From Nemertoderma westbladi (lineage: Eukaryota > Animalia > Xenacoelomorpha), in NCBI GenBank assembly GCA_032718475.1, contig JAUCBJ010000310.1:1-42469 (forward strand): a DNA stretch of 42,469 bases. The letters run 5' to 3'. Each line of letters begins with the position of its first letter. The stretch's first letter is position 1. Shown in pieces: positions 1 through 11,809 of this stretch. The translations under genes and the position numbers were made by a program. A model generated the notes under the pieces. It was not told where the DNA came from, did not search any database, and was given only the letters and a program-made list of their open reading frames with translations.

Positions 1-3000
1 TCTTGCGAAAAGGTAAACCGACTTCATACCTACCTTGATCTTTGATGAAACGTGTAGTCGTCTCTTGGATCTGCTTGGCCCTTTCCTCTTCCACTGATAA
101 AGCCTTATCATAGGAATTGGGCTCTACTGCCTCTTGCGTAAAGAATCGTACAGCATGTTCATCTCGAGTCTTGGCATTGCAACGCTCAATGACGTCATTT
201 AACTCGTCGTTATAAGCTTCTCGTTCAGATGGATAGAGAAGTTGACATAAGTTCACTTGGTTTTGCCAAGCCTCGTTTTCTTTAAGGAGATCGATAGTAT
301 TCTCTTCATCAAAGAGCTGGTGAATGTCGTCGTTATCTGAGGAGTATGGAGTTCCCTCAGTTAAATCGTCTCCTTCACTAGTATCATCTTCCCATTCACT
401 CACCTGGCAAACTCTCTCTTGCGGTAGTCTTTCTCTGAGTGTTCTACGGGAAGGTCCAGTAAAGTACCAACCTACTCTAGTTCTTACCGCATAGGTCTGT
501 AGGGGCTGCGGTTGAGCAGGCCGTTTCTCTAATGTCTCCAGCGCCTCATGCGCGTTTTGGCCGATGAGTACTTGCACTCCAGGATAATCAGTCTGGAATC
601 GAGGTATGTTAAGATGTTGGATGCTCTCATCCTCGTCCCAATTATAAAGGTCTGCTTGAGTAGTAGCGAAGTTCTTTATAGCCACCATTTTCACTGACCT
701 TATGCTATGTTCTCCTAGTTCGTCTTGTGGGGTGGACAACGCGCCTACATAATAATCAGCTATTATTGTAGATTTCCAAACTTGCATTATGCCAGACATG
801 TTGAGCTTAGTTTGGAACTTGAGTTGTCCAGCAAATATATCTTCGGCTAGCTCTTTGTCGATGAATGTTCCTGTACTACCGGAGTCGAGGAGGGCGTTCA
901 CTACATAACTCCTCTTAGGTCCGTGAACCCTCACCTGCACCACAGGAAACTCTCGGATCCCTACATTTGAAGATGGCTCTTTCCAAGATGGTTGTCGCTC
1001 AGAAGTAGTTAGAGTAAAGTCGTTGTCTGGATCCTTTTCATATGTGAGTGCTCGATACACTGCGGTATTTATCATGTAACAGGATTCGTTTTCGTCGGAG
1101 AACTCATCTGTATAGAATCCTTCCATCTCAGATTGATCAGTGTCGTTCACATCACTGAATTGGACATGTAGCTCGGAATCACTTACCTGATTCGGACTAT
1201 TTCGATCGAATTCAGCGTGCAACAAGATATGATGTTTCGCACCACACTTTGCACATCTTATGTCCGAGAAACAGGTACGCCGTTGGTGTCCTTGTCTGAG
1301 GCAATTATAACATAACCGCTTATCCCACATAACTTTGCGTCTCTCCGTTAATGATTTCTTTAGAAATTCATCACATCTATTCAAATAGTGGGTCCCGTCA
1401 CACAGCGCACATTTTGGTTTGATGTTACTTACCTTATTCTGAGTCACATTGTGTACACTTGCCTTTTCTTCGGGCTTTCTCACCTGAATTCTCTTGGGAG
1501 ACGTGGGAGGAGTTTTTCTTACTTGTTCTCTCCTGTCATTTGTTCGAGACTTGAATTTACTTACCTGATCTTTAGGCATTTCATTCACGTAATAAGATCT
1601 ATCCGTGTCCTTCCCGCTATCTTCTCCTTGTGAAGTCTGGCTTTCGCCGTCATCGGTATAACATACTGGTGTTATTTTTCTCCTAGAGACGGGTTTTTCA
1701 CTTACCTTGTTTTCCGGTGTTTTCTCCCTAGACTGTTTCAGGAGCTGTAATTTCACTTCTCCATCTAGGAATGACATGAGATCAGCCATGGTAGGGTCTC
1801 GCCGTTGTTGTTCCATCATATATAACACTTTCTTATCCCAGCGTGTACCTACTCCACCTTTAGGTAAAGTAGAAGCCACTGCTCTAATAACCATAGTGTT
1901 CTGATACTCATGAGACTTACCTAGCCAATCTAATTGTCTGCAGATCTCCTGGATCTCATCGGAAAACTCGATAATTCCGCTACTAATAAACTTTCGGGGC
2001 GCTACTAACTTTGCATACAAGTACCCAGCGATATTATTCCTATTACCATACCTGATGTTTAGTGTATCCCAAACTTGTCTTAATCCGTCTGGATGTCCAA
2101 TAAACTTTAACGCCATTAACTTGGGAGATCCTTCCAAGCACTCGATGAGGTATCTAAGTTTTTCTCCATTAGATAGTACAGAGTTCTGTATGTTATCTTT
2201 GTAATATTCATTAAAAGGTAACCATTTCATCTCATCTCCATTGAACTTGACGATCTCTCCAACCTTTACCGCTTGCCGGGCTTCGGTTCTAGCCATTTGA
2301 CGCGTAAAACTTTCTTGGGCCATCGTGCTATTTAATATCGAGTTATCGGTATATAAATTTCTCGGATTATGATCCGGTCTATAGGGAATATCACTATCAA
2401 CAGGTCTATAATTACCCTTAATAGGGTTCACTATAGGAGTTTCTACTTCGCTAGCAGTATAGATGCGTGTAGGCTCCACACCTTGCGCATGAGATACTTC
2501 AGACCTAACAGGTTGACACATTGTTACAGAGGGTGGTGGTATACCCTTTTGGGTATTTACTAATTTATCGCGTTCAAGCGCGATACTTTGCTGCACTTCT
2601 TGCAACTCTAGCCTACTTTCCCTTACTGTGCCCTTGAATTGCAGGACAGTCTCCTGCATCTGCCCGAGCAGGATATCCATCCCCCGCCGTCTCTCGTCCA
2701 CCCATTCGACCGCCGAAGCGGGAGTCGCCAACGTTGCAGCGGGCGGGCGAGGGACAACGGGCGACACATTATGAAGATTTCGCTCGGGGTCCAGGACCTG
2801 AACTGTCTCTGGGGCAGTTCTACGGGGCACAGGTAGCTTAGTGCTATGCAGAGGGAATTTAGAAGTAGTTTCAGGGAGCACAGGTGTATCTATCACCGAA
2901 GGGGTGATTTCAAGAACAGGCCTAATTATTTCAGGCTCATCTACTATAGTAGGGAGTCTTTCTATTTTAATTATTTGGTCTGTGGGCTCTGTACTACCTA

Positions 3001-3757
3001 AGTTGGTGTTATTTAGTTGCCTTCTAACAGCTGGAGGCAAATCAGGCAATTTCTGACGGTGGAATGTTCTTTTACGTCTGCTTAGACGAGATCTATTTCC
3101 TTTGCCTTCAGTATCGGTGGTATCGCCTTCCTCAGATGATGTATATCCCTGTCTTTTGGGAGTAGATCGATTCATCATCTGCATATTGCTAGCCGTTAAC
3201 TGTTTATTTATGCAGTCTTGATTCTCTTGAATGTTTTCCAATTCTAATTGGTTGGTTTCTTCGGCCGCTTTTGCCTCTGCCGCTGCCGCTTTTGCCGCTG
3301 CCTCTGCCGCTGCCGCTTTTCTTTCAGCTTCGGCCGCCTTTGCCTCTGCCGCTGCCGCTTTTGCCTCGGCCGCTGCCTCTGCCGTTGCCGCTTTTCTTTC
3401 AGCTTCGGCTACTTTCCTTTCCGCTTCGGCAGCTGCTACTGCTGCTTTCTTTCTGTCTTCTATACGTTTTTTCTTGACTTGTTCTTCTTGGACTCGTGTG
3501 ATGCGGAGTTGTTCATCAAATTTAGCCTGGTTCGCAGCCCTCATTTCCACATCGATGGCATCCAACACAAGCTTGGTTCCTTCACTATTAGGGCTAAGTC
3601 CCTCTAACCTTCTCCTCAACTCGTCATCACCTAAAAAACGTTGATAGTCTGACAGATAGATGTCAATAGCATCTCTCTTATGCGGTTTCTCTGCTGTCAC
3701 TTCGCTCTCGGTTGTATCTAGTAGACTGTCTGACAGGTTCTGCTTTGCGTCAGACAT
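1..3757 (-). CDS. BEL/Pao LTR retrotransposon gag-pol polyprotein (runs off window start; Gag, aspartic protease, start of RT region)
   Basis: ATG at 3757 (MSDAKQNLSD...). Same frame gives DUF1759-type Gag (KFNGDEMKWLPF...LSNGEKLRYLIECLEG...WDTLNIRYG, ~2270-2045), the BEL triple Zn knuckle (CALCDGTHYLNRC / CYNCLRQGHQRRTC / CAKCGAKHHILLH, ~1412-1217), protease ALLDSGS (~897-875), VLIGQN...RTRVGWYFTGP and GRYEVGLPFRK at the edge. Its absence from the ORF track fits a frame with no stop inside the window. Confidence 0.93.
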   Translation of the reverse strand, partial: MSDAKQNLSDSLLDTTESEVTAEKPHKRDAIDIYLSDYQRFLGDDELRRRLEGLSPNSEGTKLVLDAIDVEMRAANQAKFDEQLRITRVQEEQVKKKRIEDRKKAAVAAAEAERKVAEAERKAATAEAAAEAKAAAAEAKAAEAERKAAAAEAAAKAAAAEAKAAEETNQLELENIQENQDCINKQLTASNMQMMNRSTPKRQGYTSSEEGDTTDTEGKGNRSRLSRRKRTFHRQKLPDLPPAVRRQLNNTNLGSTEPTDQIIKIERLPTIVDEPEIIRPVLEITPSVIDTPVLPETTSKFPLHSTKLPVPRRTAPETVQVLDPERNLHNVSPVVPRPPAATLATPASAVEWVDERRRGMDILLGQMQETVLQFKGTVRESRLELQEVQQSIALERDKLVNTQKGIPPPSVTMCQPVRSEVSHAQGVEPTRIYTASEVETPIVNPIKGNYRPVDSDIPYRPDHNPRNLYTDNSILNSTMAQESFTRQMARTEARQAVKVGEIVKFNGDEMKWLPFNEYYKDNIQNSVLSNGEKLRYLIECLEGSPKLMALKFIGHPDGLRQVWDTLNIRYGNRNNIAGYLYAKLVAPRKFISSGIIEFSDEIQEICRQLDWLGKSHEYQNTMVIRAVASTLPKGGVGTRWDKKVLYMMEQQRRDPTMADLMSFLDGEVKLQLLKQSREKTPENKVSEKPVSRRKITPVCYTDDGESQTSQGEDSGKDTDRSYYVNEMPKDQVSKFKSRTNDRREQVRKTPPTSPKRIQVRKPEEKASVHNVTQNKVSNIKPKCALCDGTHYLNRCDEFLKKSLTERRKVMWDKRLCYNCLRQGHQRRTCFSDIRCAKCGAKHHILLHAEFDRNSPNQVSDSELHVQFSDVNDTDQSEMEGFYTDEFSDENESCYMINTAVYRALTYEKDPDNDFTLTTSERQPSWKEPSSNVGIREFPVVQVRVHGPKRSYVVNALLDSGSTGTFIDKELAEDIFAGQLKFQTKLNMSGIMQVWKSTIIADYYVGALSTPQDELGEHSIRSVKMVAIKNFATTQADLYNWDEDESIQHLNIPRFQTDYPGVQVLIGQNAHEALETLEKRPAQPQPLQTYAVRTRVGWYFTGPSRRTLRERLPQERVCQVSEWEDDTSEGDDLTEGTPYSSDNDDIHQLFDEENTIDLLKENEAWQNQVNLCQLLYPSEREAYNDELNDVIERCNAKTRDEHAVRFFTQEAVEPNSYDKALSVEEERAKQIQETTTRFIKDQGRYEVGLPFRK

Positions 3758-3845
3758 GCTTATGTGTACAGTTGAATGTCTACTGCTGTATTACAGTCTG
3801 AGCAAGTCTAGTAACTCAGTATTAACTGCTAGCCTAGTAATTAAT

Positions 3846-4130
3846 TACCGGTACTGCTACTCAGTGTAGCGTGATATATATAATATATTAGAATACCGGT
3901 ATGCTTATAGTATATATAACTATTATTACAGACTAGGTTTATCACAGAATACCGGTATAATTTTAGCACAAATATATATAAATATATAATAGGCCTATCG
4001 GAATACCGGTATACAGCTTACAGTTTGTAGTATATATAATTCTGGACTAGAATTAATTACAAGTACCGGTATAATTTCAGCCTAAATTTATAGAAATAAA
4101 TATAATAAGCCTATTGTAAATACCGGTATA
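3846..4130. repeat. Degenerate ~55-bp tandem repeat anchored on TACCGGTA
   Basis: TACCGGTA at 3846, 3894, 3950, 4004, 4064, 4121. Confidence 0.7.
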
Positions 4131-5074
4131 TCAATTATTTTAAATAACTGAATTTCTGAATTTCAAGGGTTACTTGGTTACCTTACTTACTTTATTACCG
4201 TTATTTGAGCAGTAATCCAACTGATATTGAGACCTAATGGTTGTATGGTGGTAGGCCTACTATTTATAAATCGTTAGATTTGATTTATAATATATATATA
4301 CCCGTTTTAATGGGTTTTGTCAATGTTGAAATAAATGTTATTATTTCTGGGGGGTAATCACTACACAAAGCGGTACGCTTTCAGTGAAGTGTTACTTACA
4401 GGACACTAAAACAAATAATACTAATTTACCTAAGTTACTTAATACTACAAATTACGTACAATTCGGGTGAGATTACAATCTCTAAATAAACACAAAAATT
4501 TACAAAAACACAAATACGAATTTTTAGGGTAATTTTACAAGAAGTCTACAAACCAGCCTAACAAAGGGTTAGAAAACCGGTTATTACAACGGACAGGGTA
4601 CTACGGTATTTGAAATAATAAGTAGTAGTAAATACACTGCGTTGTCTAGATAGGAAAATACCACTGCCTGACGACCTATAGCCGTATCGCTATAGGTTCT
4701 ACGTTATGTATCACGGAGTGTTCCTACCTAGAAGTTAATAGAGCTAATCGAATGTGCCTATCAACCACTTTACAACACAGATATAATGTCTACAATAATT
4801 ACTTCGGAAAGTACTGTACACTAAACCCTAAATTAGGTACGAGTACTTGTACAACAGATAATCAGTAGTTAAATATACTTGAACAGCTAAAAGAACCACG
4901 GCATCTGCTGGAGTGACCGATGCACAAAATCACCAGTCTTTACCTACGCCGAGCAGCCCGTGTAGTACCAGGGTTAATTTAACTATAGCGGTATGTATAA
5001 CAAACACAATTACTGTAGGAACAAACTTGGGGAATGAATGTTGCGGATAATCGCATAAACTCTGAATAATAAAT

Positions 5075-5640
5075 ATTACGCTACGCGTACAAACTACTCA
5101 AACAAAATACAGACCGAACACTGACAGACTACTATCAAGCCTAAACAAACTATGGTATATGCAGACTCCGAAATGATTAGGGAGTATGCGCTCTAACCCA
5201 GTAGTGCGACTTATTCTTTAGTTGGGGGTTTACCTTACAGCGTTCGCTGCCCCTACTGCCTAACCGTACTTAATCGGACAGATGATCTACACACGCGGCA
5301 ATCCGCTCAGACCTAATAACAGCCAGACAACTATCCAGCCTACAAATTATCTAAATAAAATTATACGCTACCCGTACAGACTTACACAAACAAAGTACAG
5401 ACTAAACGATGGCAGACTACTCTCAAGCCTAAATAAACTACAGGACATGCAGACTCCGAAATGATTAGGGAGTATGCGCTCTAACCCAGTAGTGCGACTT
5501 ATTCTTTAGTTGGGGGTTTACCTTACAGCGTTCGCTGCCCCTACTTCCTAATCGTACTTAATCGGACAAGTGATCTACACACACTGCAATCCGTTCGGAC
5601 TTAACAGCAATCAGACAACAGCTCAGCCTACAAATTGTCT
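5075..5640. repeat. Tandem ~288-bp direct repeat in the retroelement leader
   Basis: GCAGACTCCGAAATGATTAGGGAGTATGCG... occurs at 5161 and 5449, with a near-identical core and diverged flanks. Confidence 0.9.
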
Positions 5641-6017
5641 GTACAATCTGATCAGGCTTACACGCCTTCTGTTCAATACTGGCCTACAAACAAATAAAAC
5701 TTGACAGAAATAAGTAAAATCTCAATAAAAAACCAGGGCGGCCGTTCCCTGATTAAATACTAAGACCTACCGGTATACAACAATCAAATCGAATAATACT
5801 AATGTACTTATACGGGAAGTACCGGTTAGGACAGTTAGGCCTACGGACCTACAGAAGTACCGGTTCTAGCGGTTGGGCCTACTGACCTACAGATGTACCG
5901 ATTCAGGTTTACCGGTTGACCGGTACTTTCAACTTTATTGCTTACTGCAACAAAGAAGCTATATCCTTTAATGTTCGCGCTTTCAGACCTTTGGCAGTTT
6001 AACCCGCCAAATTAAGA

Positions 6018-7128
6018 TGTCTTCTAGATATTAAATCGCTTTTTAGCCTATGACAAGTATTTGATTCACTACACTAGTCGAAACCAATCCGTGCGCGACC
6101 ATTCACCCGCTGGATATTCCCGGGAGATTGGGTTCGACGGTTTAATTTTATTGCTATGTAAGCCTAATGTATTATTCGACTGACAGTATTATATAATCTC
6201 TGACAATATTATTCACCTTCGGGAATATTAACAGTTCCTTTAGGACGTGGCGCTTTATCTATATAAACAGAGTTATGACTTAAACTACTCACAACGATAT
6301 GGCTTAATTATATTTCACATATATGGCACATTCTTTAGGAAATGCTTCTTTAACAGACTCACTCGCACACAATGCTGCACAATACTGCACACTAATCTGC
6401 CAATCTTCACTGATTTTAGTCACATATAAAAGGAACACAGACTGACTCATGTAGGGTCTATCAAATAACATTAGATTCACTTCAAACCACTTTAACATAA
6501 GTCACAATCGTTATTGGTAACCTTTCTCTCTTACCTTCGGTATATCAAGAATATTGGGTGTCGGGGTTATTTCTCGTTATTCCAATATAATAATTCATCA
6601 ACAAATATAATGAATAACCGACAACAAATAGCAGTACACAGTATTGACAGATCAATCGTGCCAGTTTGTTTTGAGTTAAGACAATCAGTCAGTCATCAGG
6701 TGCGTTTGGTCAGTTAAAGGATATATGTCCTTATGATTAAACCTACTAGTGTTGAGCTAAAAAGCAGAAAGCACAAAACACTAAAAAGCCGTTCTTTCGT
6801 GGCTTTGAAAAACTCGTGACTACTGCTCTATACGAGGATACCAACTTCCCTTATTCCACGAAGCTCCCGTTCAACACAGAGAAAGAGCAGTGAGATAGGA
6901 AATTTTCAGTTCAGTACTCTGTGATAGGTCAAAATCAAGGCTAACTCAAATTCTATTGGGAGATACAAAACAAGGCTATGACGCAACCTCCCTAGGCTTG
7001 TTGGCCGATTAAACAGAGCCCAGATGCCTGCGTACAGCAAATCAGCCAATAAGCTGGTAACTTGCACTATTTTTAGTTATAGATCACTTTGAGAGTATTC
7101 TTAGCGACTGGGGGGGAACTGGCCAACA
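6018..7128 (-). repeat. Putative 5' LTR of the BEL/Pao element (~1.1 kb)
   Basis: Minus strand starts TGTTGGCC (7128) and ends ...GAAGACA (6018), followed after a few nt by TGGCGGGTT (PBS-like). Minus-strand AATAAA at ~6147-6152. The second LTR is outside the window, so boundaries are unconfirmed. Confidence 0.5.
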
Positions 7129-7256
7129 AGGCAAACGAATCAGTTATCCCACAAAAGCTTTTACATGGGCCACTTAAAGTACAGGTTGGAAGGGACGGGC
7201 CAATTAGTACATGGTGGTTGGGCTAGGCCCTTTTTATTTCATTATGATCTTTGTAG

Positions 7257-7407
7257 TCCTGGATCAGATAAATTCCACGTGGAAAGGGGCACGGGGAAAT
7301 TAACGTTGGAATCCCCACTGGATCGAGAAACCACCGATTCGTATCTACTAACGGTAAAGGCCAAGGATGGTGGTAGACGTCCACATGAAGTCAGTTCCAC
7401 TATAAAG
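7257..7407 (+). CDS. FAT4: Fat exon A (cadherin repeat)
   Basis: tgtag|T CCT...PGSDKFHVERGTGKLTLESPLDRETTDSYLLTVKAKDGG...TIK|gttggt. Confidence 0.88.
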
Positions 7408-7859
7408 GTTGGTTACCTAAATATAATAATAATAAATTACATTATTGTGTTTACAGTAGCACATTATAAGGTGTGCTGATCCAATACGTTTTTGGCGCAT
7501 ACGAAGTATTGTATGAAAATAAAGCCAATAGGATCAGAACACTGTACAGTAGTTTGCAAAAAGTGTGTGTAGTTTTATTCAAACATTGTCACATTACTAA
7601 ACGATTGCAGATTAAAAAATACATATATTAATTTTTTGCTTTAAACAAAAAATGTAATATTTTTGTATAAAATTGTTCAAATTTTATAATAGGATTAGCT
7701 AGAGCATTCAATTAGTAACGTTTACCCCGTACGTAGTATAAGAAGGTATCACGGTAAGAAGTATCACAATCTATTGGTTGTAGGATCGATGCCCACCATT
7801 GTCCCCTCAGCCTTCCATAACAGTGGTCGATAAAATGATGCAAAACTATGGTAGCGTCC

Positions 7860-8895
7860 AGTCCACCACTACCTTCGGGTAGCAGTAGCAGATAGGAGTA
7901 GCGCCCACCCCTACCTTCGTGTTGCAGATAGGAGTAGCGCCCACCCTTACCTTCGTGTTGCAGATAGGAGTAGCGCCCACCCCTACCTTAGGGTAGCAGA
8001 TAGGAGTAGCGCCCACCCATACCTTCGTGTTGCAGATAGGAGTAGCGCCCACCCCTACCTTCGTGTTGCAGATAGGAGTAGCGTCCACCCCTACCTTCGT
8101 GTTGCAGATAGGAGTAGCGCCCACCCCTACCTTCGTGTTGCAGATAGGAGTAGCGCCCACCCCTACCTTCGTGTTGCAGATAGGAGTAGCGCCCACCCCT
8201 ACCTTAGGGTAGCAGATAGGAGTAGCGCCCACCCCTACCTTCGTGTTGCAGATAGGAGTTGCGCCCACCCCTACCTTCGTGTTGCAGATAGGAGTAGCGT
8301 CCACCCCTACCTTAGTGTTGCAGATAGGATAGCGCCCACCACTACCTTCGGATAGCAGATAGGAGTAACGCCCACTCCTACATTGGACTAGCAGATAGGA
8401 GTAGCGCCCACCCCTACCTTCGTGTTGCAGATAGGAGTAGCGCCCACCCCTACCTTCGTGTTGCAGATAGGAGTAGCGCCTACCCCTACCTTCGTGTTGC
8501 AGATAGGAGTAGCGTCCACCCCTACCTTAGTGTTGCAGATAGGATAGCGCCCACCACTAACTTCGGATAGCAGATAGGAGTAACGCCCACTCCTACATTG
8601 GACTAGCAGATAGGAGTAGCGCCCACCCCTACCTTCGGGTAGCATATAGGAGTAGCGCCCACCCCTAGCTCCGTGTGGCAGATAGGAGTAGCGCCACCAC
8701 TACCTTCGGGTAGCAGATAGGAGTAGCGCCCACCACTACCTTCGGGTAGCATATAGGAGTAGCGCCCACCCCTACATTGGGGTAGCAGATAGGAGTAGCG
8801 CCCACCACTACATTGGGGTAGCAGATAGGAGTAGCGCCCACCACTACATTGGGGTAGCAGATAGGAGTAGCGCCCACCACTACATTGGGGAAGCA
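7860..8895. repeat. 36-bp minisatellite (~28 copies), intronic
   Basis: Unit GCAGATAGGAGTAGCGCCCACCCCTACCTTCGTGTT with variants. Confidence 0.95.
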
Positions 8896-9622
8896 GCTAT
8901 CGAATGAGGAGCCTTCGGGTCGAGCACCTGCTACACTTATTAAGTATTTATTAAGTAGAATACCCACAACTCAACTATTTCTAAACTAAATTTAGATTGG
9001 AATACTCGCAACGACACTTTTCTACTGGTACCAATAAATCATTTTATACCCTTGTTGTAGGTAAATTAAATATTGAAAGCGGAAATAAATTTTATATATC
9101 ACTTCTAAGGAGGAAGAAAAAATTGAAAAACACTGTCACTACAAAAAAGTGCGCCACTATCTGAGCCTATGATAGTTCTAACTTTGTAAGGTCCATCTTG
9201 ACAATGTGAAATGGTGATATTTTTCTTCTGTAAAGACTGCAAGAAGTTGATATCGGTAGATAAAACTGTTTTGATGAAATGGTGCATTAAGAACAGATTT
9301 ACAACATAAAAAAAAATACATTGACGACTTTTTCTTGTGTTTTACTGACTCGCTGACAGTAATTCAAATATTTCACAGTTTATTTAAGAGTAAGTATTAA
9401 ACAACTGAATTAATTAGTCGGCGTACTTCAAACAGTCTGTTGCGATAAGCGTAGGGACAAGGATTCATTCCTGTACATTGTTCGTCGTACAATAATATTA
9501 AAACTTAGAATAAAGTTATGTAGCCTAAGCCTATTCTGTAGGATACATCAATATTCCTCCCACACCACACTTCTTTACTAATGTACTTTCATTTCATCTG
9601 CCTTATATTTCTCTCACCAAAG

Positions 9623-9768
9623 GTGACAGTTTTAGATGAGAAAGACAACGACCCAGAGTGGTTAACCGAGTCTGTAACCATAACAATATCCGAGGACACA
9701 GCTGTGGGTACAGGAATACTTGTTCTAGAAGCCACCGATATAGACGAAGGGTCTTACGGATATATAGT
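9623..9768 (+). CDS. FAT4: Fat exon B (cadherin)
   Basis: aag|VTVLDEKDNDPEW...ATDIDEGSYGYI GT|gtaagt. Confidence 0.9.
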
Positions 9769-9885
9769 GTAAGTACTAAGTTGTATAGAAAAACCAGCGC
9801 ATTACGAAAATTATTATTACTACCAAATACTCTGAGAGAACAGTAATTTTTATTGGTTATTTTATTAAATATATTAATATTTTAG

Positions 9886-10006
9886 ATATCATATTAGTGG
9901 CGGCAATATTGAAGGAGCATTCGATATACAAACCGACACCAATAACGTTATTGTTGCTAAGCAACTTGACAGGGAGATAAAGTCGTACTACATTCTAAAT
10001 ATTAAG
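9886..10006 (+). CDS. FAT4: Fat exon C (cadherin)
   Basis: tttag|A YHISGGNIEGAFDIQTDTNNVIVAKQLDREIKSYYILNIK|gtgagc; not in ORF track. Confidence 0.9.
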
Positions 10007-10232
10007 GTGAGCTGATCATATTAATTTGTAATTCAAGAAAGATAATCGCATATTACTTACAAATATTACATACGATACAACACCACACATTATTCACATA
10101 TCATTCATTAGTTACCAATTCCATTGATATCTGCGTCCATCTTACATCTTATTATTTATTGTGCTAATTTCATTTCTTTATGTTTTCTGATTATAGTTTT
10201 GTGTTAATCTAATTCATATTGTATTCATTCAG

Positions 10233-10385
10233 GCTGAGAATCCCGGTATGTACCAACGTGATTCAAGTATCGAAGTAAGGGTGACGTTGAGTGACGTAAA
10301 TGACAACCCACCTGTGTTCATTACGTCACCAATAACTTTGTACGTGGAAGAGGGTTTAGATGAACCAATCACGTCTCTGGGAAAG
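10233..10385 (+). CDS. FAT4: Fat exon D (cadherin)
   Basis: ttcag|AENPG...VTLSDVNDNPPVF...VEEG...LGK|gtagga; not in ORF track. Confidence 0.9.
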
Positions 10386-10628
10386 GTAGGATTTCTCCAG
10401 CGCTTTGTATGACAGACTGCACTGCAAGGTTCTGGCCGCTTAGTGATTCTTGACGCATATAATTACAATTGTGTGGCTCCTAATATATTTATATGGTGAT
10501 GGCGATGGGCTGGCTTATCGCGTTTAAACTTTTTTACTTTCCTATTCAAAATTGGTACCGTTTGATAAATAAATAGCAAATAAATAGCAAGTGTTTAAAT
10601 ATATGTATGTTATATATTTGTCTTAAAG

Positions 10629-10803
10629 GTGACGGCTGTAGACTCAGATGACGGCATTAATGCTGTTATTCAATACGAACTTCTACCTGAATCGGAATAC
10701 GGGGATACGTTTAGTCTGGAGTCCGGAGAACTTATGCTGCACCAACAGTTGGACAGAGAGACGCGTTCCCAGTACTGGGTAGCCATTACCGCTACTGATA
10801 GTG
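10629..10803 (+). CDS. FAT4: Fat exon E (cadherin)
   Basis: aag|VTAVDSDDGINAVIQY...LDRETRSQY...ATDS G|gtgagt. Confidence 0.9.
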
Positions 10804-10917
10804 GTGAGTTACCTTAAATATTGAAGACAAACTAACTGCGGATCTAAAATAAATACGAATATTAGTTTAATGTTATTTTTTGTTGGTTTTAGAATGTTTA
10901 TCATTTACTATTTTTAG

Positions 10918-11098
10918 GTGTGCCGCCGTTGAAGGGGACGGGATACGTTCGTGTTATTGTCATTGACATCGACGACAATCCACCTGAGTTTGATCAGACA
11001 GAGTATTCCGTTGTTGTCAGCGAAGGTCTTCCAGTTAACGCAGATGTCATCCTAATAAAAGCTACAGACAGAGATATCGGAGCCAATGCGGAGATAAG
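10918..11098 (+). CDS. FAT4: Fat exon F (cadherin)
   Basis: tttag|GVPPLKG...DIDDNPPEF...ATDRDIGANAEI AG|gtaccc. Confidence 0.9.
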
Positions 11099-11809
11099 GT
11101 ACCCGTCATATTATTATGTTTTCAAGTAGTAAATTATATTTAAAAAATATTAAAATATTATAAATAACAAAAGTACTTTCTTAGGAGGTGAGGAAAGTGC
11201 GAAAATATATTTCGGGTGAGGAAAATTTATTTTGGGGTAAATTAAATAGAGATATCAGAATAAAGGCCTTTCTCGGCCGGTTATTGGCATAATATGTGTG
11301 ATAAAACAAGTGATAAAGTAAATAATTATTGATTATAAATTATAAATTAATCGTTTCATTCCCCGTTGTATTTTAGTTCTGTACTTTCAGAACTAACACT
11401 AACTGGTTTCAGTTTTACAGGCAGATATATCTTATAGAAATACATTTATTATTTACTTTCATTTCCTGGGAACTTGTAGGCCTACTGTATGCTAATAGCT
11501 ATAGCTACCTACCACACCTCTACTTGCCTTAAGAGTGAAGTCCATCAGCACCTTGTTATCGAGTCGACGAGAGAAACACAGCAATCGAGGTGGGGTCGTT
11601 AATGGAACAACCTAGGGAATACAGCCCATACAGAGCATAGAGCAGAGTCGGGTATTGGAGATAACGTGGAAGAATTGCGCGAACGTTCACAGAACCTCAA
11701 ATCATTTCTGAAACATAGTTGTAACATTTATTGTCTGTGGCGGTTTTGCCTTCATTTACCAACGGAGGTTTATTTATTCTCATTTTATCGTAACGTGGGT
11801 TTCTTTTAG

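Larger units (their letters stand above)
1..7128 (-). mobile_element. BEL/Pao LTR retrotransposon, 5' portion, inserted antisense in a Fat intron
   Basis: gag-pol ORF plus ~2.2 kb leader and probable LTR. Ends ~130 bp before the first visible Fat exon, which starts mid-cadherin repeat, so the element is intronic. Confidence 0.8.

Noticed and set aside
1388-3869. Plus-strand ORFs including the Ala-rich (antifreeze-like), Cys/Arg-rich and Pro/Leu-rich ones at 3231-3644
   Set aside because: Antisense shadows of the BEL gag ORF and its EAAAK repeat.
7846-8967. Repetitive ORFs (TPICNTKVGVGA)n, and a CRISPR-like appearance
   Set aside because: Products of a 36-bp head-to-tail minisatellite with frameshifting units; no unique spacers, no cas genes, eukaryotic intron.
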